64,000 bases of DNA from assembly GCA_041389765.1 (NCBI GenBank), contig JAWKRE010000002.1, positions 11,908 to 75,907 on the forward strand, given 5' to 3'. The DNA comes from Polyangiaceae bacterium. Its GTDB lineage: Bacteria > Myxococcota_A > Polyangia > Polyangiales > Polyangiaceae. Of this stretch, positions 9,745 through 19,245 are shown piece after piece. Under the pieces are notes generated by a model that was not told the origin of the DNA, did not search any database, and saw only the letters and a program-made list of their open reading frames with translations. The position numbers were made by a program, and so were the translations under genes. Each line of letters begins with the position of its first letter. Positions within the stretch are counted from its first letter, which is position 1.

Positions 9745-10380
9745 CTACTTGTGGGCGACGCCGCGGATGGTGGGGCGGGTGAAGAACATGGCTTTGTGCA
9801 TGCTCTCGCGCTGCTCGCGATCGATGGTGAAGCCGGCGGCGCGGATGGTGTCGGCGGTGCGGCGGGTGAGGTGGCAGTTGCCGGCGAGGTGCTTCCAGGC
9901 GGGCTCGATGCGGCGCTGCCAGGCGAGGCGATCGGGGCGGTCCTCGGCGGCGACGTGCTCGAGGTAGATGAGCTTGCCGGCGGGGCGGAGGACGCGGCGC
10001 ATCTCGGCGAGGGAGCGGGCCGGATCAGGGACGGAGCAGAGGACGAGGGTGCTGACGACGGCGTCGAAGGTGCTGTCGGGGAAAGGGAGGGCGTCGGAGG
10101 GGGCGGGGGTGATGTCGAGAGCGCGGGAGGGGGAGGGGGCGCGGGCGCGCTCGTGCCAGACACGCTCGTGCAGCTTGAGGCGCATGTGACGGTCGGGCTC
10201 GGTGAGGACCAGTCGCGTGACGGCGCGGGGGTAGTGCGGGAGGTTCGCGCCGGTGCCGGCGCCGATTTCGAGGACCTCGCCGGCGAGATCGCGGAGGAGA
10301 TCGGCGCGCCACTCGACGAGGCAGGCCTCCTCCACGTTCGACATGAAGCGGTCGTAGATGAGGGACATGAACCAGGCCAT
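9745..10380 (-). CDS. class I SAM-dependent methyltransferase (Methyltransf_11/UbiE-like)
   Basis: Motif I VLEIGAGTGAN, then LDITPAPSDALPFPDSTFDAVVSTLVLCSVPD...RVLRPAGKLIYLEH, typical of small-molecule methyltransferases. Confidence 0.8.
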   Translation of the reverse strand: MAWFMSLIYDRFMSNVEEACLVEWRADLLRDLAGEVLEIGAGTGANLPHYPRAVTRLVLTEPDRHMRLKLHERVWHERARAPSPSRALDITPAPSDALPFPDSTFDAVVSTLVLCSVPDPARSLAEMRRVLRPAGKLIYLEHVAAEDRPDRLAWQRRIEPAWKHLAGNCHLTRRTADTIRAAGFTIDREQRESMHKAMFFTRPTIRGVAHK

Positions 10381-10574
10381 GGGGGCGCTCCGCGAGAAGG
10401 TGCGTGTCAGGCGCTCAGGGTGTCACCGGCTGTGGGATGAAGGGACTGGAATATTGTGCGCGGAATGCGTTCGAGCGCGCAGTGAATTCGGGCTGCGCGG
10501 GATGTCGTACCTGACGTGACGAGAAGGTTGCCGTTGCGGGTAGCGCTCGCGCGCGTCGTGATACGTTCGCTACC

Positions 10575-11786
10575 ATGGCGAAGCGCACCGGCTCCTCGGC
10601 GCACGGCGAACGTGCGACGCGCGGAATGGAGCGGAAGGATGTCGCGGGTGAGCGGACCGCTGCGGCGAAGACGCTGAAGAAGCGGCCGTCGCGCGAGGCT
10701 CCGCCGGGGAGCAGCGCGCGCGCGAAACGAGCGACGAAGGGGGGGCCGCGGGCTGCGGTCGCGCCTCCGAAGAGCACGGCGCAGGCGAAGCGAACGAAGA
10801 CGGCGGGGGCGCGCGCAGAGGCTTCGAGAGAGGCGCGCGTGGAGCCTGCGCGACGGAAGAAGATGGAGACGAAGATCGCTGTGCGCGGGGTGGGCGCGCG
10901 CGACGAGGAGCCTGCGGTGGAGACGGCGCGCGTGCCGCCGCGCATTCCGACGCCGCCGGCGCTGGCGGTGGCTCCGCGATCGATGGAGCTGGAGTGGACA
11001 GGGGATCCGGGGGGGTCGACGCCGCCCGCGGAGGCGACGTTCGATCGGTGGGTGCGGCGGGGGGATGAGCTTCTGCGGCGGCTCGCGGAGCACGGGGCGG
11101 CGAGCCACGAATACCGGGTGAACCTGGAGGACGGGCGGTTCTTCTGGGTGGATGAAGGTGGGCGCGTTTCGGCGGAGGCGAAGGCGCGGCTCGTGTGCTC
11201 GTACGTGCCGCAGACAGCGTCGCTCGCGATGGGGTGGGCCGATGGGGCGACACGGGCTGTGTCGACTCCGCGCGTGATCGGGATGGCGGCGGAGATCGAT
11301 GACATCGACGAAGAAGGGGCGTGGCGGATCGCGATGCACGCGGCGGAGGTGGCGGGGGCGCAATACCTCTATCGGGTGCGATCGGCGGCGCAGTCGCTGT
11401 TCCTTGCGCTGTCGGGGCTGACGTTCACGCCGAGCTTGCGGTCGTATGTGCCGTCGACGCCGGTGGCGATGGTGCTGGCGACGCTGGAAGAGGCGCGCGA
11501 GGCGACGCTGCTGGGGGCGGAGCCGGTGGATACGTTGCGTGCGCGGCTGTCGGCGGCGGGGGCCTCGCTGATGCAGCAGGCGGAGTTCGCGCACCGGGAT
11601 ACGGACTGGGTGGCGCGGCTGGTGCGCTCGGGGAAGAGGCTGGGGACGCTGGCGGAGCGGCTTCCGCGGCCGACGTTTCACAGCGTGGCGAAGGGGGGGG
11701 CGACGCTGTGGCTCGATCCGCACCTCGCGAGCGATCTGGTGGAGTCGATCGAGATGCTCGAAGAGGAGTGGCGGCAGTTCGCTTGA
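10575..11786 (+). CDS. hypothetical protein with a Lys/Arg/Ala-rich (histone-tail-like) N-terminus and a globular C-terminal domain
   Basis: 403-aa ORF. Its C-terminal 250 aa are non-repetitive (HEYRVNLEDGRFFWVDEGGRVSAEAKARLVCSYVPQTASLAMGW...). Preferred over the overlapping 1076-aa Arg/Pro/His-rich antisense ORF (10407..13637). Confidence 0.45.
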   Translation: MAKRTGSSAHGERATRGMERKDVAGERTAAAKTLKKRPSREAPPGSSARAKRATKGGPRAAVAPPKSTAQAKRTKTAGARAEASREARVEPARRKKMETKIAVRGVGARDEEPAVETARVPPRIPTPPALAVAPRSMELEWTGDPGGSTPPAEATFDRWVRRGDELLRRLAEHGAASHEYRVNLEDGRFFWVDEGGRVSAEAKARLVCSYVPQTASLAMGWADGATRAVSTPRVIGMAAEIDDIDEEGAWRIAMHAAEVAGAQYLYRVRSAAQSLFLALSGLTFTPSLRSYVPSTPVAMVLATLEEAREATLLGAEPVDTLRARLSAAGASLMQQAEFAHRDTDWVARLVRSGKRLGTLAERLPRPTFHSVAKGGATLWLDPHLASDLVESIEMLEEEWRQFA

Positions 11787-11909
11787 GCGCGGGTGTGCGG
11801 GGGGCGCGCTGTGGGCGGTGGGCGGTGCGCGCGGTGTGGGCGGTGGGCGGTGCGCGCGGTGGGGTGAGCGGGCTTGGCCTCGATGGGGGTGGAGGGTAGG
11901 CTCGGGCGC

Positions 11910-12809
11910 ATGCGGGTCCCTACCTTGCTGCGCTGCGCGGTCCTGGCTTCGGCCGTGGGGGCGGCTCTCGTGCCGGGCGCGATCGCGCCACGTCCTGCGT
12001 TCGCTCAGGCGGCGAAGGGGACGGTGACGCCGCTCATCCAGCGGGCGGCGGAGCTGTTCGACGATCAGCAATACGAGGAGTCGATCCAGACGCTGTCGGC
12101 GGCGCTGCTCCGGCCGGGATCTTCGATGAAGGAGAAGATCGAGATCTATCGGCTGCTCGCCTACAACTACATCACGCTGAAGCGGAACGATGAGGCCGAC
12201 GCGGCGGTGCGCGGGCTGTACGTGCTCGACGAGTCGTTCACGCTGCCGGTCACGGAGTCGCCTCGGTTTCGAGACTTCTTCGAGGCGACGCGGAAGAAGT
12301 GGGTCGAGGAAGGGAAGCCGGGGAAGAACGAAGGGACGGGCGAGACGGCGGCAGAGGCGCCGGTGAAGATCGCGCACACGTCGCCGGCGCAGGGGGCGCG
12401 GGGGATGACGATCAAGCTGACGGGCTCGATCGATGATGCGAACGGGCGCGTGCGAGGGGTGCAGCTCTATTACCGGATCGGGACGAAGGGGAAGTTTCAC
12501 ATCGTGGCGGGGACGTACACGCTCGGGAAGTTCAACACTTCGATCCCGGGGAAGGAGGTCGCGCCGCCGCTCGTGGAGTACTACCTGGAGGCGGTCGACA
12601 ACGGCGGGCTGCCGGTGGCGTCGCGCGGGGATGCGGGGGCGCCGCTGCGCATCGTGGTGCCGGAGCCGGAGCAGAACAGCGTGGTGAGGAGCCCGGCGCT
12701 GTGGGTGCCGCTCGGCGTGGTCGTGGTGGGCGTGGCGGTCGGCGTGCCGGTGGGGATGTTCCTGTTCGGGCAGAAGCAGACGGCGACCGTGAAGGTGGGC
12801 GTGAAGTAA
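11910..12809 (+). CDS. secreted hypothetical protein with an N-terminal TPR-like region and a C-terminal TM helix
   Basis: Signal peptide MRVPTLLRCAVLASAVGAALVPGAIAPRPAFAQA. A TPR-like stretch (EESIQTLSAALLRPGSSMKEKIEIYRLLAYNYITLKRNDEA). C-terminal hydrophobic helix LWVPLGVVVVGVAVGVPVGMFLF. The stop abuts the prmA GTG start. Confidence 0.55.
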   Translation: MRVPTLLRCAVLASAVGAALVPGAIAPRPAFAQAAKGTVTPLIQRAAELFDDQQYEESIQTLSAALLRPGSSMKEKIEIYRLLAYNYITLKRNDEADAAVRGLYVLDESFTLPVTESPRFRDFFEATRKKWVEEGKPGKNEGTGETAAEAPVKIAHTSPAQGARGMTIKLTGSIDDANGRVRGVQLYYRIGTKGKFHIVAGTYTLGKFNTSIPGKEVAPPLVEYYLEAVDNGGLPVASRGDAGAPLRIVVPEPEQNSVVRSPALWVPLGVVVVGVAVGVPVGMFLFGQKQTATVKVGVK

Positions 12810-13751
12810 GTGGCGAGCGCGAAGGGCGGGGGGAGGATTGTCAAGAAAAAAACGACGGGGACGGGGGCGCCTCGCTATCCGTTCGTGGCGGTGGACGTCC
12901 GTGAAGCGTATGCGGATGAAATTGCTGCGCTTTTGTTTGCGAATGGGGCGAGCGGGGTCGAGGAGCGGGACGAGCAGACGCTGCGGCGCGGGCCGGGGGG
13001 CGGGATCGTGACGGTGGTGGGGGCGTTCGACTCGCACGCGGGGGCGCGGGCGGCGATGAAGGCGGTGAAGACGTCGCGGCCGATCTTGCGGCCTCGGCTG
13101 GAAGAGGTGGTGGGGGATGCGTGGCGGGACGCGTGGAAGGAGCACTTCGCCCCGTTTGCGCTGACTCCGCGCGTGATGATCGCGCCGCCGTGGTCGGTGC
13201 CTGTGCCGCCGGCGGGGGTGCGGCTGCTGGTGCTGGAGCCGGGGCGGGCGTTCGGGACAGGGCTGCACGCTTCGACCTCGCTCGTGGCTTCGCTGCTCGA
13301 TGAACGGGCAGGTGGGCTGCGCGGGGCGGTGGTGCTGGATGTGGGGACGGGGAGCGGGATCCTGGCGCTGATGGCGCTGGCGCTGGGGGCGGAGCGGGCG
13401 GTGGGGCTCGACGTGGATCCGGAGGCGGTGGAGGTGGCGCGCGAGAACGCGGCGCGCAACGGGTTCGAGGGGAGGCTGACGGCGCGCGTGGGGTCGGCGG
13501 GGGACGCGGGGGGGCGGTATCCGGTGGTGCTCGCGAACATCGAGGCGCGGATCCTGGGGCCGATCGCGGAGGAGCTCGCGGCGACGGTGGCGCCGGGGGG
13601 GACGCTCATCGTGTCGGGGGTGCTCGCGAACGAGCATGACGCGATGGTGGCGCGGTACGAAGGGCTGGGGATGCGGCGCGTGAAGACGGTGCAGCGCGGG
13701 GAGGCTGCGGGCGAGGGGTGGGTGGCGATCGCGTTCGAAGCGCGGCGATGA
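12810..13751 (+). CDS. prmA: ribosomal protein L11 methyltransferase
   Basis: The PrmA C-terminal SAM-binding region matches (VLDVGTGSGILALMALALGAERAVGLDVDPEAVEVARENAARNG...VVLANIEARIL...LIVSGVL). GTG start immediately after the upstream stop. Confidence 0.85.
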   Translation: MASAKGGGRIVKKKTTGTGAPRYPFVAVDVREAYADEIAALLFANGASGVEERDEQTLRRGPGGGIVTVVGAFDSHAGARAAMKAVKTSRPILRPRLEEVVGDAWRDAWKEHFAPFALTPRVMIAPPWSVPVPPAGVRLLVLEPGRAFGTGLHASTSLVASLLDERAGGLRGAVVLDVGTGSGILALMALALGAERAVGLDVDPEAVEVARENAARNGFEGRLTARVGSAGDAGGRYPVVLANIEARILGPIAEELAATVAPGGTLIVSGVLANEHDAMVARYEGLGMRRVKTVQRGEAAGEGWVAIAFEARR

Positions 13752-14501
13752 GCGCGCGGGGTGAGCGACGGCTGCGGGTTCCGGTGGAGCTCTGCGGGGC
13801 GGGGGAGATCGAGCTGTCGAAGGAGGCGGCGGTGTATGTGGCGCGCGTGCATCGGCTGGGCGAGGGGGACGCGTTCACGGCGTTCGATCCGGAGCGGGCG
13901 GTGAGGCGGAGGCGGTGGTGGTGTCGGTGGGGCGGGGGGCGCGCGGTGACGGTGCGGGCCGGTGAGCTGCGGGGGCGAGCGTGCGGGCGCCTCGGGCGGT
14001 GACGCTGGTTCAGGCGGTGGGGAAGGGGGACAAGATGGATGCGATCGTGCGCGATGCGACGGAGCTGGGGGCGACGCGCGTGGTGCCGGTGGTGGCGGAG
14101 CGGAGCGTGGTGCGGGCGGAGGATGTGGCGTCGCGGGCGGCGCGGTGGAGGCGCATCGCGATCGAGGCGGCGCGGCAGTGTGGGCGGGGGGATGCTCCGC
14201 GCGTCGATGCGCCGGTCGTGCTGGGCGAGGCGCTGGCGGGGCTTCCGGTGGAGACGGGGCTGGGGGTGTGCCTCGTGCCGGGGGCTGCGCCGGGGCTCGG
14301 GGATGCGCTGCGGGGGCTCGCGGCGGGGGCTTCGGTGACGATCGTGGTGGGGCCGGAGGGGGGCTGTCGGCGGGGGAGATCGAGGCGTGTGAGGCGCGGG
14401 GGCTGGTGAGCTACGGGCTCGGGGAGCTGGTGTTGCGGACGGAGACGGTGTGCGCGGCGGTGCTGGGGGCGCTGTTGCTTCTGGGGCAGCGCGCGGGGTG
14501 A
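13748..14501 (+). pseudogene. rsmE: 16S rRNA (uracil1498-N3)-methyltransferase RsmE, reading frame broken at least three to four times by single-base deletions
   Basis: RsmE-like sequence is spread over three frames: the N-terminus (MSARGERRLRVPVELCGAGEIELSKEAAVYVARVHRLGEGDAFTAFDPERAV), then EAEAVVVSVGRG, then RAVTVRAGELRGRA, then PRAVTLVQAVGKGDKMDAIVRDATELGATRVVP...VTIVVGPEGG, and finally LSAGEIEACEARGLVSYGLGELVLRTETVCAAVLGALLLL. The junctions traced in detail are consistent with single missing G's in G runs, e.g. gagggggg where gag ggg ggg is needed. Confidence 0.7.
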
Positions 14502-14614
14502 GGTGAGCGATCGGGGAGCGGAGCGCGCGGGCGGGCGGCGCTGGGCGGGTGGCCCTCCCGGGGTGCGGTGAGCGGTGCTCGGGGTGAGGAAGGTGGCGAC
14601 CAATCGGCGCGCGG

Positions 14615-16214
14615 TTGCTACCCTCGGGCGGTCCCGTGGCCCACGCAGCGAGAAAGAGCGAAGGAGACGCCGGGAAAGGGCGGCGCGGTCCGACGATCGA
14701 GCTGTCGCGGGTGACGCGGCGGTTCGGGCGGACGGTGGCGGTGGACGGGGCGTCGGCGCGGTTCGAGCCGGGGGAGATCCATGCGGTCATCGGCGAGAAC
14801 GGGGCGGGGAAGTCGACGCTGCTCAAGCTCGCGGCGGGGGTGCTGGCGCCGTCCTCGGGGGAGGTGAAGATCGCGGGGGAGCTGCTCGTGCCGGCGGAGC
14901 CGCGGGAGGCGGCGCGGCGCAATGTGCTGATGGTGCATCAGCATTTCATGCTGGTGGGGGCGTTCACGGCGCTGGAGAACCTGATGCTCGGGAACGAGCC
15001 GGCGGGGGCGGGGGGGGTGCTCGATGAGGGGCGGGCGCGACGCGAGGTGGAGGCGCTGGCGGAGCGGACGGGGCTGACGGTGCCGCTCGATGCGCAGGTG
15101 GATGCGCTGGGGGTGGGGGACAAGCAGCGGCTGGAGATCCTGCGCGTGCTGCACCGGGGGGCGCTCGCGATCTTGCTGGATGAGCCGACGGCGGTGCTCA
15201 CACCGCAGGAGGCGGCGGATCTGTATGCGACGCTGCGCGCGCTGGCGGAGGAGGGGCGGACCATCGTCGTGGTCACGCACCGGCTCGATGAGGTGGTGCG
15301 GTTCGCGGATCGCGTCACGGTGATGCGGCGCGGGCGCACGGTGATGAGCCGGGCGCTCGATCGGGCGGGGGGGGCGAGCGCGGAGGAGCTGACGCGGGCG
15401 ATCATGGGGCAGGAGCCGCCGCCTCGGTTTGCGCCGCCCGAGGTGGCGGGGACGCGCCTGTTGCGCTGGAGGTGAAGGGGCTGGCGTACACGGACGCGTG
15501 GGGGCTCCGCAGGCTCGATGGGGTGAGCTTCGATGTGCGAAGGGGGAGATCGTCGGGATCGCGGGGGTGGAAGGGAACGGGCAGCGCGAGCTCGTTCATG
15601 CGGTGGCGGGGCTGATCCCGAACGCGCACGGGCTGGTGAAGGTGGCCGGGCGACAGATGCCGTTCAAGCTCGGCGAGGCGGACGCGGTGCGGATGCGGCG
15701 GCCGGTGTTGCGGGTGGTGCACGAGGACCGTCACGTGGAGGGGCTGCTGCTGGATGCGCCCGTGTCGGACAACCTCGTGCTCGGGCAGCTCGAAGGGCTC
15801 GCGCCGGGGGCAGAGCGGGCGGCGGTGGCGCGGCGGATCGATTCGTTCGGGGTCGCTCCGAGCGATCCTGCGCGGCGGGCGGGGGAGCTGTCAGGAGGCA
15901 ATCAACAGAAGGTGGTGGTGGCGCGGGCGCTCGATGGGTTCCTCCACGAAGGGGCGCCGCCGGGGAGCGCGGTGGTGCTCGCGCAGCCGACGCGCGGGGT
16001 CGATGTGGGGGCGGCGGCGGTCATCCACGCGGCGATCGGGCGGGCGGCGGCGGCGGGGCTCGGCGTGCTCATCGTGAGCGCGGATCTCGCGGAGCTGCGG
16101 CTCGTGTGCCACCGGCTGCTGGTGCTGCACAAGGGGCGGATCGTGGCGGAGGTGTCGCCGTCGGCTCCGGAGGAGAAGATCGGTCGGGCGATGCTCGGTC
16201 TGGAGGCGGCGTGA
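14615..16214 (+). pseudogene. ABC transporter ATP-binding protein with two nucleotide-binding domains (BMP/sugar-type), two apparent frameshifts near 15455-15545
   Basis: NBD1 has Walker A GENGAGKST, signature LGVGDKQRLEI and Walker B ILLDEPTA. NBD2 has GEIVGIAGVEGNGQ, LSGGNQQKVVVARAL and VLAQPTRGVDV. The linker APVALEVKGLAYTDAWGLRRLDGVSFDVRRG sits in a third frame. One junction is a G5 run where G6 is needed. The gene stop overlaps the permease GTG. Confidence 0.7.
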
Positions 16215-17563
16215 GCGTGTCGGTGGGCGCGGCGGGGGGCGGATCGCCGGCGCGGGGCGGATCGCCGGCACCGGGGGCGCGGCTCGCGCGGGTGAAGGAG
16301 CCGGCGCTGGTGATCGCGATCGTGATCGCGGGGCTGTGGATCCTGTTCAACCTGATCTCGTTCGCGTTCGCGGAGGCGCCGCTCGCGACGCTGGGGCGGG
16401 CGTTCGATGGGACGTGGGGGACCTCGTACGGGATCGGGCAGGTGCTGTTCAAGGCGACGCCGCTCGTGTTCACGGGGTACGCGTTTCACATCGCGCAGCG
16501 CGCGGGGCTGTTCAACATCGGGGCGGAGGGGCAGCTCGCGCTCGCGAGCCTTTGCGGCGGGGCGTTCGCGGCGTGGTTGCCCGCGGGGACGCCGGCGCCG
16601 GTCGCGCTGGTGCTGGTGCTCGGGGTGGGGGCGGCGGTGGGCGCGGCGGTGGCGGCGCCGCCGGCGGTGATGCGCGCGCGGCTCGGGGTCCACGAGGTCA
16701 TCAGCGGGATCATGATGAACCGGGTGGTGGACGTGCTCGTGCCGTTCACGCTCGCGACGGTGATCGGGGCCTCCTCGTTGCGGACGGCGGACGTGGCGAA
16801 GGGGGCGGCGCTGCCTCGGCTCGATGTGGTGTTCGGCTCGCTCGCGGGGAGCGCGGCGTCGTTCGCGTTTCCGGCGTCGGTGGTGCTGGTGGTGGGGCTG
16901 CACTTCTGGCTCATGCGCTCGCGGGTGGGGCGCGAGATGGCGTGGGTCGGCGTCAACCCGCAGGCGTGCCGCGCGGAGGGGGTGCCGGTGGGGTGGCGGC
17001 TCGTGCTGGCGATGCTGCTCTCGGGGGCGTTCGCGGGGCTGGGGATGAGCGCGACGGTGCTCGGGTACAAGGGGTACTTCGAGATCGGGCTGGGGTCGGG
17101 GGCGGGGTTCGCGGGCATCGCGGTGGCGCTGCTCGGGCGAGGCAACCCGGCGGGGATCGTGGCGGCGGCGATCTTCTTCGGGACGCTGGAGCAGGCGGGG
17201 CTCGCCATCAACGCGCGCGTGCCGAAGGAGGCGATGACCGTGCTGGAGGCGTTCGCGATCGTGTTCGTGTCGGCGGCGGGGCGGTTCGCGCGGGCGGGGG
17301 ACGCAGGGGGTCAGTCTGGGGGAGATAGTCAGTCCGGGGGAGAGGGGCAGTCTGGGGGAGATGGTCAGTCCGGGGGAGAGGGTCAGTCTGGGGGAGATGG
17401 TCAGTCCGCGGGAGATGGTCAGTCCGCGGGAGATGGTCAGTCTGGGGAGGGGGCAGCGCAGGAAGACGGGGCTGGACAACCCCATTCGAGACAAGGCGAC
17501 GGGGCCTTGAAAGCGGGCCATATTCCGGGAGATGGGGAGTCTGCGAAGGAGGGGGCGTCGTGA
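16211..17563 (+). CDS. ABC transporter permease (BMP-family/branched-chain type) with a C-terminal Gly/Asp/Gln/Ser pentapeptide-repeat tail
   Basis: GTG start overlaps the ATPase stop. Multi-TM permease sequence (LFNIGAEGQLALASLCGGAFAAWL...). The C-terminus is (GDGQS)n encoded by the 15-nt tandem repeat. Confidence 0.8.
   Translation: MSVSVGAAGGGSPARGGSPAPGARLARVKEPALVIAIVIAGLWILFNLISFAFAEAPLATLGRAFDGTWGTSYGIGQVLFKATPLVFTGYAFHIAQRAGLFNIGAEGQLALASLCGGAFAAWLPAGTPAPVALVLVLGVGAAVGAAVAAPPAVMRARLGVHEVISGIMMNRVVDVLVPFTLATVIGASSLRTADVAKGAALPRLDVVFGSLAGSAASFAFPASVVLVVGLHFWLMRSRVGREMAWVGVNPQACRAEGVPVGWRLVLAMLLSGAFAGLGMSATVLGYKGYFEIGLGSGAGFAGIAVALLGRGNPAGIVAAAIFFGTLEQAGLAINARVPKEAMTVLEAFAIVFVSAAGRFARAGDAGGQSGGDSQSGGEGQSGGDGQSGGEGQSGGDGQSAGDGQSAGDGQSGEGAAQEDGAGQPHSRQGDGALKAGHIPGDGESAKEGAS
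17305..17450 (+). repeat. 15-nt tandem repeat about 9 copies (encodes GDGQS/GEGQS) at the 3' end of the first ABC permease gene
   Basis: ggtcagtc(t/c)ggggga(g/t)a(t/g) units, seen directly. Confidence 0.85.
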
Positions 17564-18471
17564 GTGGCGTGCTCTCGCTGACGATGGTGGCGGAGACACT
17601 CCGCATCTCGGCGCCGTATGTGTGCGCGGCGGTGGGGGGGATCTGGGCGGAGCGGAGCGGGATCATCCAGATCGGGCTGGAAGGGGTGCTGCTCACGAGC
17701 GCGTTTGCGAGCGTGGCGGCGGCGCACGCGACGGGGAGCGCGGCGGTCGGGCTCGCGACAGGGGTGATGGCGGGGGCGCTGCTCTCGCTGGGGCACGCGC
17801 TGCTCGTCGAGCGGGCGAAGGTGCATGCGATCGTGAGCGGGATCGCGCTCAACTTGCTGGCCTTCGCGGCGACGCGGCTCGCGCTGCGGGGGCTGTATGA
17901 CAGCGCGTCGAACTCGCCGGGGATTGAAGGGTTTCGGTTCGGGCCGGTGGGGGCCGGCGGGGTGGCGCTGCTCGGGCGCGTGCTGGCGGATCCGGTGACG
18001 ATCGCGGCGATCGCGGTGACGGCGGCGACGCCCTGGCTGTTTCGACGGACACGGTTCGGGCTGCGCGTGCGGGCGGCGGGGGAGAACCCGGATGCGCTGG
18101 GGGCGGTGGGGCTCTCGGTGACGAAGATCCGGTGTCTGGCGCTGCTTGTTTCGGGGGCGGCGTGCGGGCTCGGCGGGGTTCACCTGGCGTTCGATCAGCA
18201 CCGGTTCGAGTCGGGGATGTCGAACGGGCGCGGGTTCATCGCGCTGGCGGCGGTCGTCGTGTCGGGGTGGCGCGCGGGGTGGGCGGCGGTGGCGTGCCTG
18301 GCGTTCGGCGTGCTGGAGGCGCTGCAGATCGTGCTGCAAGATGAGCTGCGGTCGTCGCGGGCGGGGGATCTCGTGCAGCTCCTTCCGTATGTGGCGACGC
18401 TGGTGGTGCTCGGGTTCGCGGCGGGGCGGAGTCGGGCTCCGAGGGGGCTCGGCGGGGGCATCGCAGGCTGA
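17560..18471 (+). CDS. ABC transporter permease (second permease of the same transporter)
   Basis: GTG overlaps the previous stop. Motifs IQIGLEGVLLTSAF and ENPDALGAVGLSVTKIRCLALLVSGAACGLGG are typical of BMP-family inner-membrane permeases. Confidence 0.8.
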   Translation: MSGVLSLTMVAETLRISAPYVCAAVGGIWAERSGIIQIGLEGVLLTSAFASVAAAHATGSAAVGLATGVMAGALLSLGHALLVERAKVHAIVSGIALNLLAFAATRLALRGLYDSASNSPGIEGFRFGPVGAGGVALLGRVLADPVTIAAIAVTAATPWLFRRTRFGLRVRAAGENPDALGAVGLSVTKIRCLALLVSGAACGLGGVHLAFDQHRFESGMSNGRGFIALAAVVVSGWRAGWAAVACLAFGVLEALQIVLQDELRSSRAGDLVQLLPYVATLVVLGFAAGRSRAPRGLGGGIAG

Positions 18472-18642
18472 GGTGCGGGTGCGGGTGCGGGCGTGTGGCG
18501 GGCGCGGGCGCGAGCCTGAGGTCGCGAGTGAGCCATGAGGTGCGTTGACGGCGGGGGCGGGTGCGCCTACGCCGCGGGGGTGCGCTGCTCGTACGGAAGA
18601 AGGCCGCTCCAGCGCATTGCTCGCGGGGGGATCGCGCTCGCG

Positions 18643-19188
18643 ATGGCGGCGATCGCAGCGGGCTCGATGGGGTGCGCGGAGCTTCCGGCGAATGTGCCGC
18701 GCGCGGAGGGGTTCGATGCGCGGCAGCTCAGCGGGGGGTGGCACGTGCTGGCGAGCAACTTCCCGATGTGGCTCGAAGGCAACAAGAGCGAGCCGAACTT
18801 CATCTATCGGGTGCTGCCGGGGGAGGAGCCGGTGCGGCTCGATGACATCGTGGCGTACACGGAGTCGGGGAGGCGCGAGACGATCGAGGGGACCGACACG
18901 CAGGATCCACAGTCGCCGGCGCACTTCACGTGGCGCGGAAAGGGGCTCTTGGCGGCGTTTTCGAGCGACTGGGTGGTGGTGGCGCGCGGGCCGGAGGATC
19001 GGTGGCTGGTGCTCTACTTCACGAAGACGCTGGCCACGCCGGAGGGGGTGGACGTGATCGCGCGGACGCCGGAGCTGTCGCCGGAGGATCGGGAGAGCGT
19101 CGAGAAGTTGCTGGCTAACCATTCGTTTTTGAAAGAGAAATCGAAGGGAATCCTGTGGCTCGGGCGCGCTCGGCCGGTGGGTCGCTGA
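18643..19188 (+). CDS. lipocalin-like lipoprotein (Blc-like)
   Basis: Lipobox AAIAAGSMGCAE. GGWHVLAS...FTWRGKGLLAAFSSDWVVVARGPEDRWLVLYFTKTLATPEGVDVIART resembles the bacterial lipocalin fold. Confidence 0.55.
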   Translation: MAAIAAGSMGCAELPANVPRAEGFDARQLSGGWHVLASNFPMWLEGNKSEPNFIYRVLPGEEPVRLDDIVAYTESGRRETIEGTDTQDPQSPAHFTWRGKGLLAAFSSDWVVVARGPEDRWLVLYFTKTLATPEGVDVIARTPELSPEDRESVEKLLANHSFLKEKSKGILWLGRARPVGR

Positions 19189-19245
19189 GCAGGGGGCGCG
19201 CGTGAGGAGACGCGAGGCGCGAGGCGGGGGCGGCGCTCGGCGGGG

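Noticed and set aside
8163-10163. 666-aa Pro/Arg/Ser-rich minus-strand ORF
   Set aside because: It overlaps the well-supported 973-aa membrane protein and methyltransferase genes in other frames. Low-complexity composition.
10407-13637. 1076-aa ORF on the minus strand, extremely Arg/Pro/His-rich
   Set aside because: It is antisense to prmA and two other well-supported plus-strand genes. The composition is the usual GC-driven artefact and no protein-like motifs were seen.
13890-14400. rsmE frame changes considered as programmed ribosomal frameshifting
   Set aside because: Four shifts in under 500 nt, each consistent with a 1-nt deletion and no slippery-heptamer or pseudoknot context. The neighbouring ABC gene is similarly hit. 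Assembly error or pseudogene is far more parsimonious.
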